Of a DNA stretch of 64,000 bases, positions 25,305 to 38,004 are shown piece after piece. The translations under genes and the position numbers were made by a program. The DNA comes from Callorhinchus milii (taxonomy: Eukaryota). The notes beneath the pieces are model-generated. The model searched no databases. It saw nothing but the letters and a program-made list of their open reading frames with translations, and had not been told where the DNA came from. Every line of letters starts with the position of its first letter. Positions within the stretch are counted from its first letter, which is position 1. Where the stretch lies: positions 17,424,001 through 17,488,000 of the forward strand of contig NW_024704742.1 of assembly GCF_018977255.1 (NCBI RefSeq). Direction: 5' to 3'.

Positions 25305-28300
25305 GGGTAATAACATGGGGATTAATCTTACCCATTTCAATTTTCTTTTTGCCGATAGTGTTTAATGTGCACAGATCTAAGGCGGTAGCAATAGTTTACA
25401 ATGCTGGCTGTTGGATCACAAGGAATTACGTGATTAAAGCTGCATTACCCTTGACCCTTTTGGATAAGAGTCCTGCTTTGCAGCATCAGCAAGGTCAAGG
25501 GCCCAAGCCATTGCTTTTTGATAGTGCAGCAGTGACAAATGCAGCGCATGCTACTATTGTGATTTTAAGAGGGCGTTTCAATTCGAGCAGCGCGACGTTA
25601 TCTTTTGATGAACAACAGTTTACATTTACATAGTGTCTTTCATGTCAGGAGGACATTTCACAGGCAACATGTAGCTGAGTGGGAGCAATACCAGAACATT
25701 AGCAGAGCTGAATCAACCTACGTGCACTGCAAGTACCATGAAATGTGCAGATGTTATATTAAATATAAAGTAAAAACACCAGTTTGTGATGTGCAAAGTA
25801 TACTAAATAACTACAGTATTTTGTCTGTCTTCAACTACTGAGTGTTGTACAGATATATTACAACTAATTGAAACCACTGAATTGGAAAAGACTTGATGAC
25901 CTTCTCCTGTTCCTGTTTTCCTATTTTCTCCTGTATTATTAATCATACAACTTAGCTAAAGTAAATTTGTGCTGAGGGAGAACTGCTTTGTCAGAGGTGC
26001 TGCCCTTCAGATGAAAAGTTGCATTTGATATAGTGGCTTATCACAATGTTGAAACGTCTCAAAATGCTTCACATTACTGTAAAGTGAATGTGTATTTGTA
26101 GGCGAACGCAGCAGTCAATTTCCACGTAGCAATGTTTCACAAATTGAAGACAAATTTTAAATGGGGGGGGTTGTTGGCTAGGACAGCTGAGGACATTAAA
26201 CCCAGATCCCATTAAAGAACCCATGACCCTATTTGCTCTGTCTTGAATTCAGCAACAAACTGAATAAGAACAATAAAATTCTAAAACAGATACATTCATC
26301 AGAGAACTCATTAATTCATTAATCTAACAAGTTTCTCCAGTACTGCCAGCATCAGGAACTGTGGTGAGTTAAATTACATTTGTTTTACTGTGTGTGTCTC
26401 TGGATTTATAAAATTCTACATCAGATGCAAGAATTTTATTATAATATTTGTCTTTGTATGTTTTTCACTACATTAGTTACATTTGCTGAAACTATGCCTT
26501 TAAAGATCACTATTGTGGTTCAAAGATTAACAAAGACAAATTTTAATATAATAATATCCTATAATGTTTCCTTGTGGGATTGATTCACCATTGAGGTCTC
26601 CACTGCTGATTTACTTCTTGCCTTACCCTGAAAGGTGATGTGATCGGGGCAGAGGATTGATCCACTGCTGGTTTTGTTCTGTGTTACAACTGGCCGTAGG
26701 CCAGGACTCTGTTGGACAGGACCAGACCTGTTAGTTCTTCCTTGATCTCCATTCCCTTCCCCCAACATGACAGGGAACACTGCACTCACCAGTCTGGCTG
26801 AGATCTAATGATACTCACCTTCCCAGGGCATCTTGAGTTCAAAGATCAATTGAGGCTGGTATTTCAAACTTGTGACCCTGCGCTGAGGAAGCCATGGTCC
26901 ACAGCTACCACATTGGTCTGCATTAAACACAGCAATTCAGAGTAAAAATCAATTTCTCAAAGCGTGAGTTTGTTTTGAGGCATTAGCGTCCATTGAATAT
27001 TTATAATATCATTTGTCCACAGCGATTTCAACCTCTACTTGAAGTCTTACTTTGTAAGATGTCCTCCCGACGTGAAAAGCGCTATATCAAATGCAAGGAT
27101 TATTATTATTACTTTGAGCATTCAAACAGTGTTTTTAAAAATAAGTTTTAATATTTTTGAGATTTTCTTCATTTCGCAGTCTGATTGTTTAAAACAAATT
27201 AAAAGCAACCTTTCTGTCAGCTACATATATCAGTGATAAAATACTCCAAATGCTAAATAATAGATGGACCTGGGTACTGTTTTCTTTTCGTGGGTTGACT
27301 GATAATGTACTCTTTCTGGAGCCCTTTAATGATAACTATCAGTGATAAAATAAAACCCTAAGATCATTGGAGTGCTCTGGTCTTAGTCACAGGGATAGCC
27401 TTGTTGTAAGAAAAGTATCTGCAGCAGCTCATTAATATTTCAGTTGAAGTTGACAAGTTACCTTGCCCACAGACAGCATAATCACTCTGCCGTTTTGCAC
27501 TCTATGCATCTGATTGTGATCAGATCAGACAAGACTAACACCAGTCCACAGGGAGGAATTTCTCCCTAGCAACCGTTATTCTTCCCAGTCAATGAAAAGC
27601 AACATGTGTGTGTGTTTGTAGGATGGAGGGGAGAAGCAAGGGGATTTTTCCATCAGGCGTTCATTTAGTTTAAAATTGTGCAAAAAAATCCACCCTGATT
27701 ACCAAACACGAGTGAAGATGTCATTTTTCTCCGAGGAGCTTAGTGCTTCCTGTGGTGCAGTGCATTAAGCCTCCAACCACGTGAAAGTAGACTGGCAATA
27801 CTAAACAGCGTTGTGATGAGCATCCCAACAGATCATTAGCAGATGAAGAGCGAGAGGGGGTTGAGATATATTGCCCTTATTAACACCCAATTTAGCGCTC
27901 TTAGTAATTCTCATGACCTAGCTTTGAGGAATGGAAAGGGGAAGGGGTAATAATCCCTTCAAAAACAAATAGCTAAATAAATACAGTAATAATAATTTGG
28001 TCCTCAATCCACAACTGTGGGACACTGATGTGCGTAGTTTGCTGTCACATTTCACCCACACAATATACAATCAATTCACTTTACAGTATATTCTGTGAAG
28101 TGCTTTGAGACATCTTGAAGACGTGATAAGGCACTAAATCAAATGCAAGGATTATTATTTTTAAGAGGAGTTCATAAGAAATGGTTTTGTAAGTGAAACC
28201 CAAGAGTTGTACATACTAACTGTTTGGAAGGTCAGGGTTACTGATGGGGAGTTGCTGCCCTCACTATCTGTGTTTGTTCAGTTAGCGTAACGCTGCCTAT

Positions 28301-30639
28301 CATGTGAGGTTCCAAGTGTTTTGATGGAGGCACTGAAATCTGGCTAGACTGCATGCATCTCAGTGCAGAATGATTTCAGGGTCAGGTAAACTTGTGCTTT
28401 CGAACTCTCTCTGGCTCCTCGCCTAGGGAATGGAGCAGTATGATTTTGATTCAGTGATAGCTTATATAAACCACATTCATTCAAAAACTATGCTTTTATT
28501 TTTTTCCTGTGCTTCACACTCAACCCAATAGTATATACTAATAGCAAATATCCACTGAATTTTGCTCTGGTCAATTATAAATGGAACTGATGAACTCTGT
28601 GGTCAGTTTGGCTCAATTCACACCCCACACCAAGACATCAGCTCATATTTCAGGAAAACACTTTGGGGCAATTTGAATAGGATAGTAAATGGATCAAAAC
28701 AGAGTTCCTACAAGTCCTGGTTACCGGAAGGCCTATTTGGACAACTCGGATTGTTTACGGTCAGATACTGACTTGAATATGATCTTCCTTACTTACATCC
28801 ATTTTGCCATATATTTTAAAAGTCGTATTGATTATCATCCTGTTCAACATTTGGATAATTTTCTTATGAAATGTAACATTTTTAGACACACAGTTACTTA
28901 CATCCTCTGATGGGACACCAGACGCCTGACATTTCTCTTGATCTTAGCCTTAAGATTCATGCAGAATTTGGAAACTAGTTTTCCACAGTCTCTTTTTGAG
29001 ATATTGTAATTGGACAACCAGCTTAAAATTTAAGACTGAACTCGTGAATTTTCAAAAACTCTACATCTTAGATTTGAAGTCAATGGTCTTAAGGTTAAGA
29101 ATGTGAGAAATTTAGAGTCTCTGAAATATAAGGCACAAAATCTCATGGGGGATTGGAAGTATTCTCTGTTTATTCGTTATAGCATGTGTATTGATGTGGA
29201 CTGAACTCCAATGAACTTTGTTTGGTGCATTTAGAAAATTTCAAAACGAAAGCAGTTTTATATGTCTAATTTAATGTTACATTTACATGAAGTGATTTAT
29301 AATTTAAAAACGATCTTCGATAGGGATTTTAGGGAGGGATAAATTTATTTAATATAGTGAACAGAATACAACAGCCCTTTACCCACATTAGTGAACAAAA
29401 GAGAAACCGGTAGATCTAAAAGAAAGTTATTTGTTGCTTTCTTTTTGTTGAAAAATCTGTTAGGTGCACATAACAAAGGCACTCAATGCGTTAGCATAAT
29501 GTGCTTAGATTTCTGTTTCAGCATAATTCAAGTGATGCTTGAAAACATATTTTATGAACTTGTCAGGGTACCAGCTTTAATTTCCAGACCATGATTCATT
29601 GGAGGTTAAATATTACAACACTATGAATGCAGTTTAACAGTCTAGAGTGCCTTCTTCATTGGTAAGTGCCTGTAGCAGGGAACTAATGTCCATTTCAGTT
29701 CTTTCCCCAGCCTTTCAGATGGGAGTTGAAGCAGGAGTGAGTCGCAATGTGTAACGATCATCACTACATGTATTCAGATCCTTGTAATATTTATAATGGC
29801 ACTGAATCTCAGACCTGGAAGTTTTCAATTATTAGAAAGCTGATTTTTGAGCACTCACTGAGCGACTCCTGGCACTGAGAAGCAAAAATAATGAGGTGGG
29901 AATTGTGACACCCTATAAACAGTCCCATATTTGGCCATATGCTGAAGGTGTTTTTTAACAACTGCAACCTGGAATAGGCTACCTACATATCCTCTTTAAT
30001 AAACACATAGTGGATACATTTTCCTTTGCCCGTTAGGGGGAATTATTGCCTCTTGGAGGTATTTTTCAACCTGCTAGTTTTTGGTTTTCATTACTCTGTG
30101 CACCAATGTGATCCCAGGGACAACATGAGTTCAAGTTTTTTGTCAATAATCAGATAATTGTGTTTGGACATAATACAAAATGTCCAATGAAATATTGTCC
30201 AAGTACGTTTTCATCCACGTCTGATATTGATTGCTGTTGGTCCACCATTCAATTGCTCCTCGTCCTCCATTTGATTGAACCTGCCGGGAAAATAAAGTAT
30301 AACAATCCAGGTTTTTTTTAAAATCAATATTCAGACAATTGTGTTTGAAGACAATGTATACACAAGACTATTGTATATCCAAACAAAAATAAATAAAACA
30401 CATACATCTATGCCTGCAAGAATTTTTAAAACATCTCTTTCTTGTCCCATCCCTCTACTCACACTCCATCCAAGTGCTGCTGGTGTATCACATGATCTTA
30501 CAAAACAAAAACATTTTGCACCACAGTTAAACAAAGTATTATCATAGATACACAAGAAAATCCATACGACGTACTCTAAACTTTACAACATCGTAACCCA
30601 ACTGTCTATGATGTGCCCAAAACCATCACAACTTTCTCT

Positions 30640-31100
30640 GCAGACAAACAAAATCAACTGTCCCTGAAGAAAATAACCCCAATCTACACAACTGAAGCTG
30701 AAGAAGCCAAACCAACACCAAGTCCCTGAAGAAGCCAAACTACAGTCAACACAACTGTCCTTGAAAGCAAATCAACCACAACCAAAGCAAACCCAGAAGA
30801 AACCTTCTCAATTCAACCAAACCTTCCAGGAAGAAAAAAACTAAAACCTGTTAACATGATAAACACACCACAATACAGCAACTGCAGCAACGTAACACAA
30901 CTGTCCCTAGTCTGTAAAAAAAAACATTTTTTTTCCTCCAGAGAAAGAAAATGAACTACCACTAGAGAAGCCAAACCATAACCAACACAACTGTCCTTGA
31001 AGAAACACCAAAACATTTTGTGCATCTGCCTAAGGAAACTACCCCCAGGCACTGTCCAAAGCAAACAAAACTGTCCCTGAAGAAACCCCCCAAAACACAT
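30640..31100. repeat. Degenerate tandem repeat (ACACAACTGTCCCTGAAGAA(G/A)CCAAACC-like) in the left arm of the foldback element
   Basis: AACTGTCC(C/T)TGAAG recurs at ~30657, 30753, 30989 and 31070. An inverted copy lies at 33650-33715. Confidence 0.75.
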
Positions 31101-31400
31101 GGAGACGTGAAATAAACAAAACAATAAACCTTACAGACAAAAATCAAACTAACCTCCCTGTACAATTCTACCTGTTGATTGCTGCCGATTTACCTTCCGA
31201 TTGCTCCAAACACCCGATTCCTGGCCACAAAACTAAATATCGGTTCAGCTATTCATCAACTGAAGCAAATGTGCCCAGAGACACAATACACAACTGTGTC
31301 CTTGTACAGTCGTGCTCCTGGTGTACCATCCACCTGCTCCTGTTCATCATTCAATCCCTCATCTTAAAACGTGCAATTATAAGATAAGATTATAAGATTG

Positions 31401-31723
31401 TGGAGTCCTGTAGCTCAGTGGTTAGAGCACTCGCTTTGCAAGCGAGAGACCTGAGTTCAATTCCCGGCAGGTCAGGGCGAAACCTTGGGCAAGTTTCCTT
31501 ACTCCACACACCTAATAATAATCCCTCCAAAACCAAAAACAATAATAAATTGGTCATTTTCAATCTACGACTGTTTGTGGGACATTGCTGTGCGCAATTG
31601 GCTGCCGCGTTCGGCCACAAATATACAGTCAATTCAATTTACAGTGTGTTCTGTGAAGCGCTTTGGGACGTCCTCCCGACGTGAAAAGCGCTATATCAAA
31701 TGCAATGATTATTATTATTATTA
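31401..31723 (+). mobile_element. Full-length tRNA(Ala)-like SINE with L2-type 3' tail
   Basis: GGAGTCCTGTAGCTCAGTGGTTAGAGCACTCGCTTTGCAAGCGAGAGACCTGAGTTCAATTCCC (Pol III A/B boxes; anticodon arm CTCGC-TTTGCAA-GCGAG); tail GGGACGTCCTCCCGACGTGAAAAGCGCTATATCAAATGCAATGATTATTATTATTA. Confidence 0.92.
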
Positions 31724-31734
31724 ACACGTCATTG

Positions 31735-32760
31735 GGGTTGAAAACTGGCAAAAACCCACAGCCGACTTTAAAGCGGCCATGGGCAAAGTGTGCAGTACAT
31801 TTCACAACTGCTTTGGGGCAAATTAAACTGAGAAAATTGTAGCTGTCGGGTAAAATGTGTAGGTTTAATAGCAGTTAAGGGGTACATGTTGCGGTAAGTT
31901 TTAAGGCAGCTAAGAGGTATTACAATTTCAAGTGAATTTTAATCGAAGTTATGGGGCAAAATTTGCAGCAGATTTTAAAGTTGCAACTGGCAAAAATTGC
32001 AGTGAGTTATAAAATATCTAAGGGGTGAGAATTCCAGTAGATTTATAGCAGTGAATGGGTACAATCTGGGGTGGATTTTATAGAAGTTATGGGGCAAATT
32101 TTTCAGCAGGTATTGAAGTAGATGTAGACTAATACGTGCAGTGGATTTGGAAATGGATCTGGGAGAATCTCAGCAGGTTTTAAACCAGCAATTGGTTAAA
32201 AATTATAGTTTTTGAAGTAACTACGGGGCAAATTAGCAGTGAATTCCAGTGCATGTAAATCGCAGCTTGGTTTGGATACTCTTAAGGATGGTGATGGGTT
32301 TCCCCACGTGTCATCACCTGCTGACCCCCAAAATTACAGAGTAATATTTGTAGTTGTCTGTAAATCAGGGAGGAGCTTTGATACTTACCAGCACACACAC
32401 ACAACGCACCTTGTACGCAAAGTGGAATCATCTTTTCCAGTTTCTCCCAATGATGTTTCAAGTTCATTTCCACTTGTAATTTCGTCTGGATTAAGACAAG
32501 AAATCCGCACCTTCCCGAAGCCACAAACAAGTCAGAGGGCAAAATTGAGCTTTAAAACCTGGAACCCTCTGTGGATATAAAATATGAATATGATTTGTAA
32601 TACATTTAAAGCAATGAAGGCACACTACTGTATTTGCAGTGAATTTTATGGAAGCTTTTGGGCAAGATTTGCAGTATCTATTAAAGCAGGTACAAGGTGA
32701 ACTGTGCAGTAGGTTTGAGAATGACTGGGATAAAATCATCAGTAAGTTTTTTTTAAATTG
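31735..32760. repeat. Degenerate ~34-35-bp minisatellite (GGGGCAAAATTTGCAGYRGATTTTAAAGCAGTTAT-like)
   Basis: Unit starts at ~31953, 31989, 32022, 32057 and 32091. The array is interrupted at ~32290-32550 and resumes to ~32760. Confidence 0.7.
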
Positions 32761-33049
32761 CATGAATAATAGAAAGAATTTCACATTATATGAGAAGACC
32801 ATTTGGCCATAATCATACCATTAAAACAGTAATCCATTCAGTCCCAATTAAGCCCCATACCTCCATACCTCTTCAAATTATAACTTATATTAGCAATCCT
32901 TAAATTTTAAACAGCAGCTTATCATGTTGTTGAGATGTCTCTAAGTGCTTCACAGGACATTTTACTACAAAATGTAATGACTGTAACTGTAGGCAACAGC
33001 CAACTTGTACACACAATGCTTCACAAACACAACAGCAGTCATCACTCTT

Positions 33050-33645
33050 GCCCTTGAAAAACCTTTGGTTGACCCATCTCTATTCTTATCTATCGCCCCA
33101 TCTCCAACCTTCCTTTTCTTTCCAAGGTCCTAGAATGACCTTGTTGTTTCCCAGCTTCAATCTTTCCTCTCCCACCACTCCCTCCAATCTAGTTTCTGTG
33201 CTGCCCACAGTACAGTGATAGTCTTAGTCAAAGTTACAAATGACATTCTGTCTGTCTGTGATCATGGTTCAACAACATGATAAGGCACAATATCAAATGC
33301 AAGGATTATTACTATTATGTATGGGGATAAGACCAACCTCTATCTCTGCCTCCACCCTTGATTCCAGGAATACTGCTGTCCTGATGGACAGTCATCAGAC
33401 ATCAAGTCCTGGATGATAGCCAAGTTGCCTCCCTTGCCTCCTTCAAGAGATAAGAGCCTCCCTTGCCCTCTTCAAGGCACGAATCAAGACCCTCCTCTTT
33501 GACCGTATCTTCAGGCTCCCTCCTACCTCACTGCCTTCCCTCACCCCAACCCTGTCCCCCCCATACTCGAATCCTGATCTCCAACTGTTCAGCGCCTTGA
33601 GATGTCCTCCCGGCACTTTACAAATGTAATTTTGTTGTTGTTCTT
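33050..33645 (+). mobile_element. Rearranged L2 fragments with a SINE tail
   Basis: TATCGCCCCATCTCCAACCTTCCTTTTCTTTCCAAGGTCC (YRPISNLPFLSKV), then an L2 3' tail ending TTTTGTTGTTGTT. Confidence 0.75.
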
Positions 33646-35130
33646 GTTTCCTGAAGGATGGTTGGATTTGGTTGACTTGGTTTCTTCAGGAACAGTTGTG
33701 TTGGTTTTGTTTTGGCTCTGGACTACAATCCCAGGCTCTATCTAGTCTGCACTCTCAGGCTCTGTCTGGTTGAAGACATCAGGGACATTTGGCTCAGCTG
33801 TTGTAAATTTCAGAGAATATTGTACGGATTTTATTGTGAATCTGTGACAATGCTTTGCTCTACTGTGTGCAAGATGTTGTTGTTTTTCTTGTTTTCCTGG
33901 TGAGGTGCAGGTGGAGAGGGATGGGTGTGTTTTATTTTTATTTGTTTTATTTTTATTTTGTCTAATCTTGTGTGTACTTTGTTTCCAGAAATGATTGTCT
34001 GAAATTGATCAAAGACAGAACTGTTGTATCTTGTTTCCCCCCTCAGGAGCGGCAGGATGGAGTCAAGGAGCGGGTCGGGCAGACAAGATTTCTTTACATT
34101 GCTACATTGACTGTTGTGTTTTTTCTAGTAATAGGTATACCATCATCTTGTAGGTTTTGTCTCCAGACACAAACATTGATCAGTACATAAACCATACTGC
34201 TCTGTATTCCTGGCAGGAGTGGTTGGATGGAGTGCAAGAAATGATTGGGAGGGAAAGGACAAAAAGAGATTTTTTTCATTTCTTACAGATACAGTTGAAT
34301 GTATTTGTTTTTTTGTGTGGATATGCCATATTCTTGTGTCCAAACACAATTGCCTGAATATTGATAAAAACTTGTACTTATGATACCTGTGTCCCCCGCG
34401 GTCACAATGGTGCACAGAGCAGTGAACAACAAGTAGCGAGTTGAAAAATGCCTTCAAGAGGCAATATTTACTCCTAACAGGGACAAAGAAAAATGTATCC
34501 ACTCTGTGCTTGTAAGATGTGTTTGTTAAAGAGGACATGTAGGTTGCAGTTGTTAAAATTCTTCAACATATAGCCAAATCCGGTGCTGTTAATAGTAAAA
34601 TTACTGATAGATTTTTTAAATTACATCTTTTTCCCAATTAGTCCAATTTACAAAGTCCAAGTTCAGGTTCACAGATATCCCAGTTAGAAAGTCTGATGTC
34701 TCAACCCAGTTGAGACCACCTTTGTCATTATCATGATCTAGTCCCTCTCACCAACCACTCTGCCAAAAGCAAGGAGGCAGAGCAGGTTCCAGTCTAAGTC
34801 AATATCGACACCTTTATCATGTCAATATGATTTCTCGATATGATCCATAACCAAGTGTTTATCTCAGCCAAAATATTGAGAAGCGACTGATTCAACATTC
34901 AACATTCAAGATCTATGTTAGACTGTGGAAAGTAATAGATAAAGCAATACATGCTTTGAAATAGGATTTGTCACGTGAGTTCATAATCCTGGTAATGAAT
35001 GTAAAGAGTGATAGTGTTTGTGTGAAAAGATGGGTTTATACACACAACTGTGTAGAATTATCGATACAAGCCTTGAAGTGAAAGGAGGGTGAAAAATCAA
35101 TATATTGTCGAATGGGTTAAGAAACATCTG

Positions 35131-35452
35131 TGGAGTGCTGTAGCTCAGTGGTTAGAGCACTCGCCTCACAAGCGAGAGACCTGGGTTCAATCTCCAGCAG
35201 CTTGAAACCTTGGGCAAGTTTCCTTACTCTACATGACTGACAATAATGCCTCAAAAAAAAACAATAATAATAAATTGGTCACTTCAGTCCACGACTGTTT
35301 GTGGGACACTGCTGTGCGTAATCGACTGCCACCTTTTGCCCACAAATATACAGTCAATTCACTTTACAGCATATTCTGTGAAGCGCTTTGAGATATCTAG
35401 AATATATGAAAAGCAGTATATCAAATGAAAGGATTATTACTATTATTTATTG
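35131..35452 (+). mobile_element. Full-length tRNA-derived SINE
   Basis: Same head, body and tail as the copy at 31401. Confidence 0.9.
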
Positions 35453-36124
35453 TACCACCAAAGAATTTGCAGCAGCAGAAAGAGATTGTTCGGCCATTGT
35501 GACCATTGTGCCTCTGAAATAGCTATTCAGTGTCCAATTCTCCAGCCTTTTCCCCGTACACTTTTATATTTCTGCTTATTGAGACAATTTGCATCAAAGG
35601 AGTAAATTGTGTGGGAGGGGAAAGAACTTCTAGTAATGTAATAATTGTCACGTTACTTGCTCCAAATTTCCCCAAATTGCACATTTTGCCCATAAAATAC
35701 ACAGTGAATCCACTTTACAATATATTCTATGAAGCATTTTAAGATGTCTCAATGGTGTGATAAGGCGTGATATCAAATACAAGGATTATTATTATTATTT
35801 TTTATCCCAATATCTTCACAGAATATATTTTTATTTTTGTACCTCCCTACACTCTTGAAGACAGTAGCTCGTGCCAAATCTTACCTCTGGGTTAACTCCA
35901 GCTGGCTTTATGGATTGCAGTCAAGATTTTTTCCCTCAGATGATTCTTCTTTAGGGATGCCTAAGACTGCTGAGATAAGCTATCAGTGCAGACCAGGTAT
36001 TAATTCTTAACTGGAGTGGTTGGCACGCAGACCTGCAGAAGCTCTTGCAGTGCCTGACATCTCCCATGTCTTCAGGAACATGGTAGTCAGTGTTAAGGAG
36101 ACTAACAGAGCGGTAACTTTACAC

Positions 36125-36685
36125 TGAGTATGCTAACTTCCTGCTGTCCGGACTTCCCAACTCTTCTCTCCACAAGGTGCAGATTATACAGATCTCTGCA
36201 GTTCATGTCGTCTCCCTTACCAAGCTCCTTGAACCAATCATCCCCATCCTCACCCAACTCCACTGGCTCCCCATCCCTCAGAGCATCAAGTTTAAAATCT
36301 TGGTCCTCACTTTTGAAGCCCTCCACAGTCTTGGTCTCGCTACCTCTGCGACCTATGAACAACATACCAACCTGTCCCCTCCATTTGGCAGGTACTGGCC
36401 TGCTTCATATTCCCCACTCAAGCTTGGTGGTTGGGCCTTCAGCTTTTCTGCCCACACTTTCTAAAACTCCATCCCTCCCTTGCTTCCTTTCAAGATGCAT
36501 CTCAAGACTTTCCTTTTTGACTGTGCTATCGGACCCCTATCGGACCCCCTCCCACCCCTCCTACCCTCCACCCCTCTTGATTCCAACCCCCAGCTCGGGT
36601 GCAAACCATTAAATGTCCAGCACCTTGTGACATCCTTCTGACGTGAAATGCGTTGTATACATGTAAATTGTATTGTTGTTCTGTT
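36125..36685 (+). mobile_element. L2 LINE 3' fragment
   Basis: IIPILTQLHWLPIPQSIKFKILVLTFEALH, followed by an L2 3' UTR and tail. Confidence 0.85.
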
Positions 36686-37662
36686 AATATTATAGTTCCA
36701 ATCCACAGATTAACTAAACCTCAGTAACATCACTAAACTGACCAAAAAAATTACACCTGGAGCAATTTACACAATTTAAAAACCAGAGTATTTGATGCAT
36801 CATTCTCGGCCCATTTCTGCTCTCCTCCTGACCCAAACTCACTGCCAGTGTAATAAAGCCCCTGTACAGACTGGCAGTGTGCACTGGTGCTTGGGTTTCA
36901 GCTAATCACTCTGAAACCCCTCTGAGAATTTTTCATCATAAGATGAAAATGTCAAACATTAATTCCCTAATTAAAAGCTTCACCTTTTTTAAAAAAAGAA
37001 ATCCTCCATCATTCTTAAAATAAGTAAATCGTCTGCAATGGCATTCACAGATATGGAATCCTCTCATTTTGAAATATTCATCCTTTGGAGCAGATTTCAA
37101 CTCTGTATGTTTCCAAATTACCTATTCCTGAGAGATAATAATAATAATAATCCTTGAATTTGATATAGTATCTTATCATGTCGTTGAGATGTCTCAAAGT
37201 GCTTCACAGAATATACTGTAAAGTGAATTGACTGTGTATTTTGTGCACAAAATATGCATCATTCTGCATCCTGCAAAATACCCAGGATGCTGGTGGAGGT
37301 GGTGATTCGTTGTGAGTCTGTTCGAGGCTTACTCCTATTTTCTATCTCCAATATACATTTGCCTACTGAGCCACAGTAAATCCAAACTCTGTTCCCCGTT
37401 AGGCTTGCCTGCCTGCCTGTTTCCCACTGAGAGACAGGCAGGAAGGCCACCTGCTCCCAGGCTCATTCCAATACCTCTAGGTGGAGATATGCAAGAGCGA
37501 TCCACTGCGGCAAGGGAACCAAAGTATCCTTTTTCTGGTGAAGTGTTCTTTTCTTAACAGCCTGACTTAAATCAGAGATTCATCCGATGGAAATCTTAAT
37601 AATAAAAATCCTTGCATTTGATATAGGACCTTATCATGCTGTCAAGACATCTCAAAGCACTT

Positions 37663-37945
37663 GGAAGGAAGAATGAGGAGAGGCATTATATACTAAATCA
37701 TAGAATTTCAAAGGGAATGCAGGAACAGGGAGACCTCGGGGTTCACATACACAAATCTTTGAAGGTGGCAGGACAGATTAATAAAGCTGTTAGAAAGCGT
37801 ATGGGATGCTTGGTTTTATAAATGGAGGCATAGAGTACAAAAGCAAGGAAGTTATGCTGAACATTTATAAAATCACTGGTTAGCCTCAACTGAGTATTGT
37901 GTCCAATTCTGGGCACCACACTTTAGGAAGGATATCAAGGCATTG
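37663..37945 (+). mobile_element. Internal CR1 LINE fragment embedded in a reverse-oriented SINE tail
   Basis: QGDLGVHIHKSLKVAGQINKAVRK...GAGTATTGTGTCCAATTCTGGGCACCACACTTTAGGAAGGATAT is typical CR1 ORF2 C-terminal region. Confidence 0.85.
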
Positions 37946-38004
37946 GAATATACTGTAAAGTAGACTACGGCAAAATAAGACAGTATTTTGTGGACAAAAT
38001 CTTA

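Larger units (their letters stand above)
29913..34595. mobile_element. Putative non-autonomous DNA transposon / foldback element with ~0.9-kb diverged inverted arms
   Basis: Exact reverse-complement anchors in nested order: AGTGGATACATTTT 30009-30022 / 34490-34503; TATTGCCTCTTG 30044-30055 / 34455-34466; AATTGTGTTTGGACA 30156-30170 / 34337-34351. Similarity continues inward to ~30800 / ~33650. No transposase ORF was recognised. Confidence 0.7.

Noticed and set aside
31401..31475. Apparent tRNA gene (also at 25304-, 35131, 54614, 58448, 59465)
   Set aside because: These are SINE heads. The anticodon varies between copies (TGC/CGC/CAC, consistent with CpG decay) and each continues into the same SINE body and tail.
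30640..32760. Regularly spaced ~30-35-bp repeats superficially like a CRISPR array
   Set aside because: Degenerate head-to-tail units with no identical repeats or unique spacers, no cas genes, and a vertebrate context.
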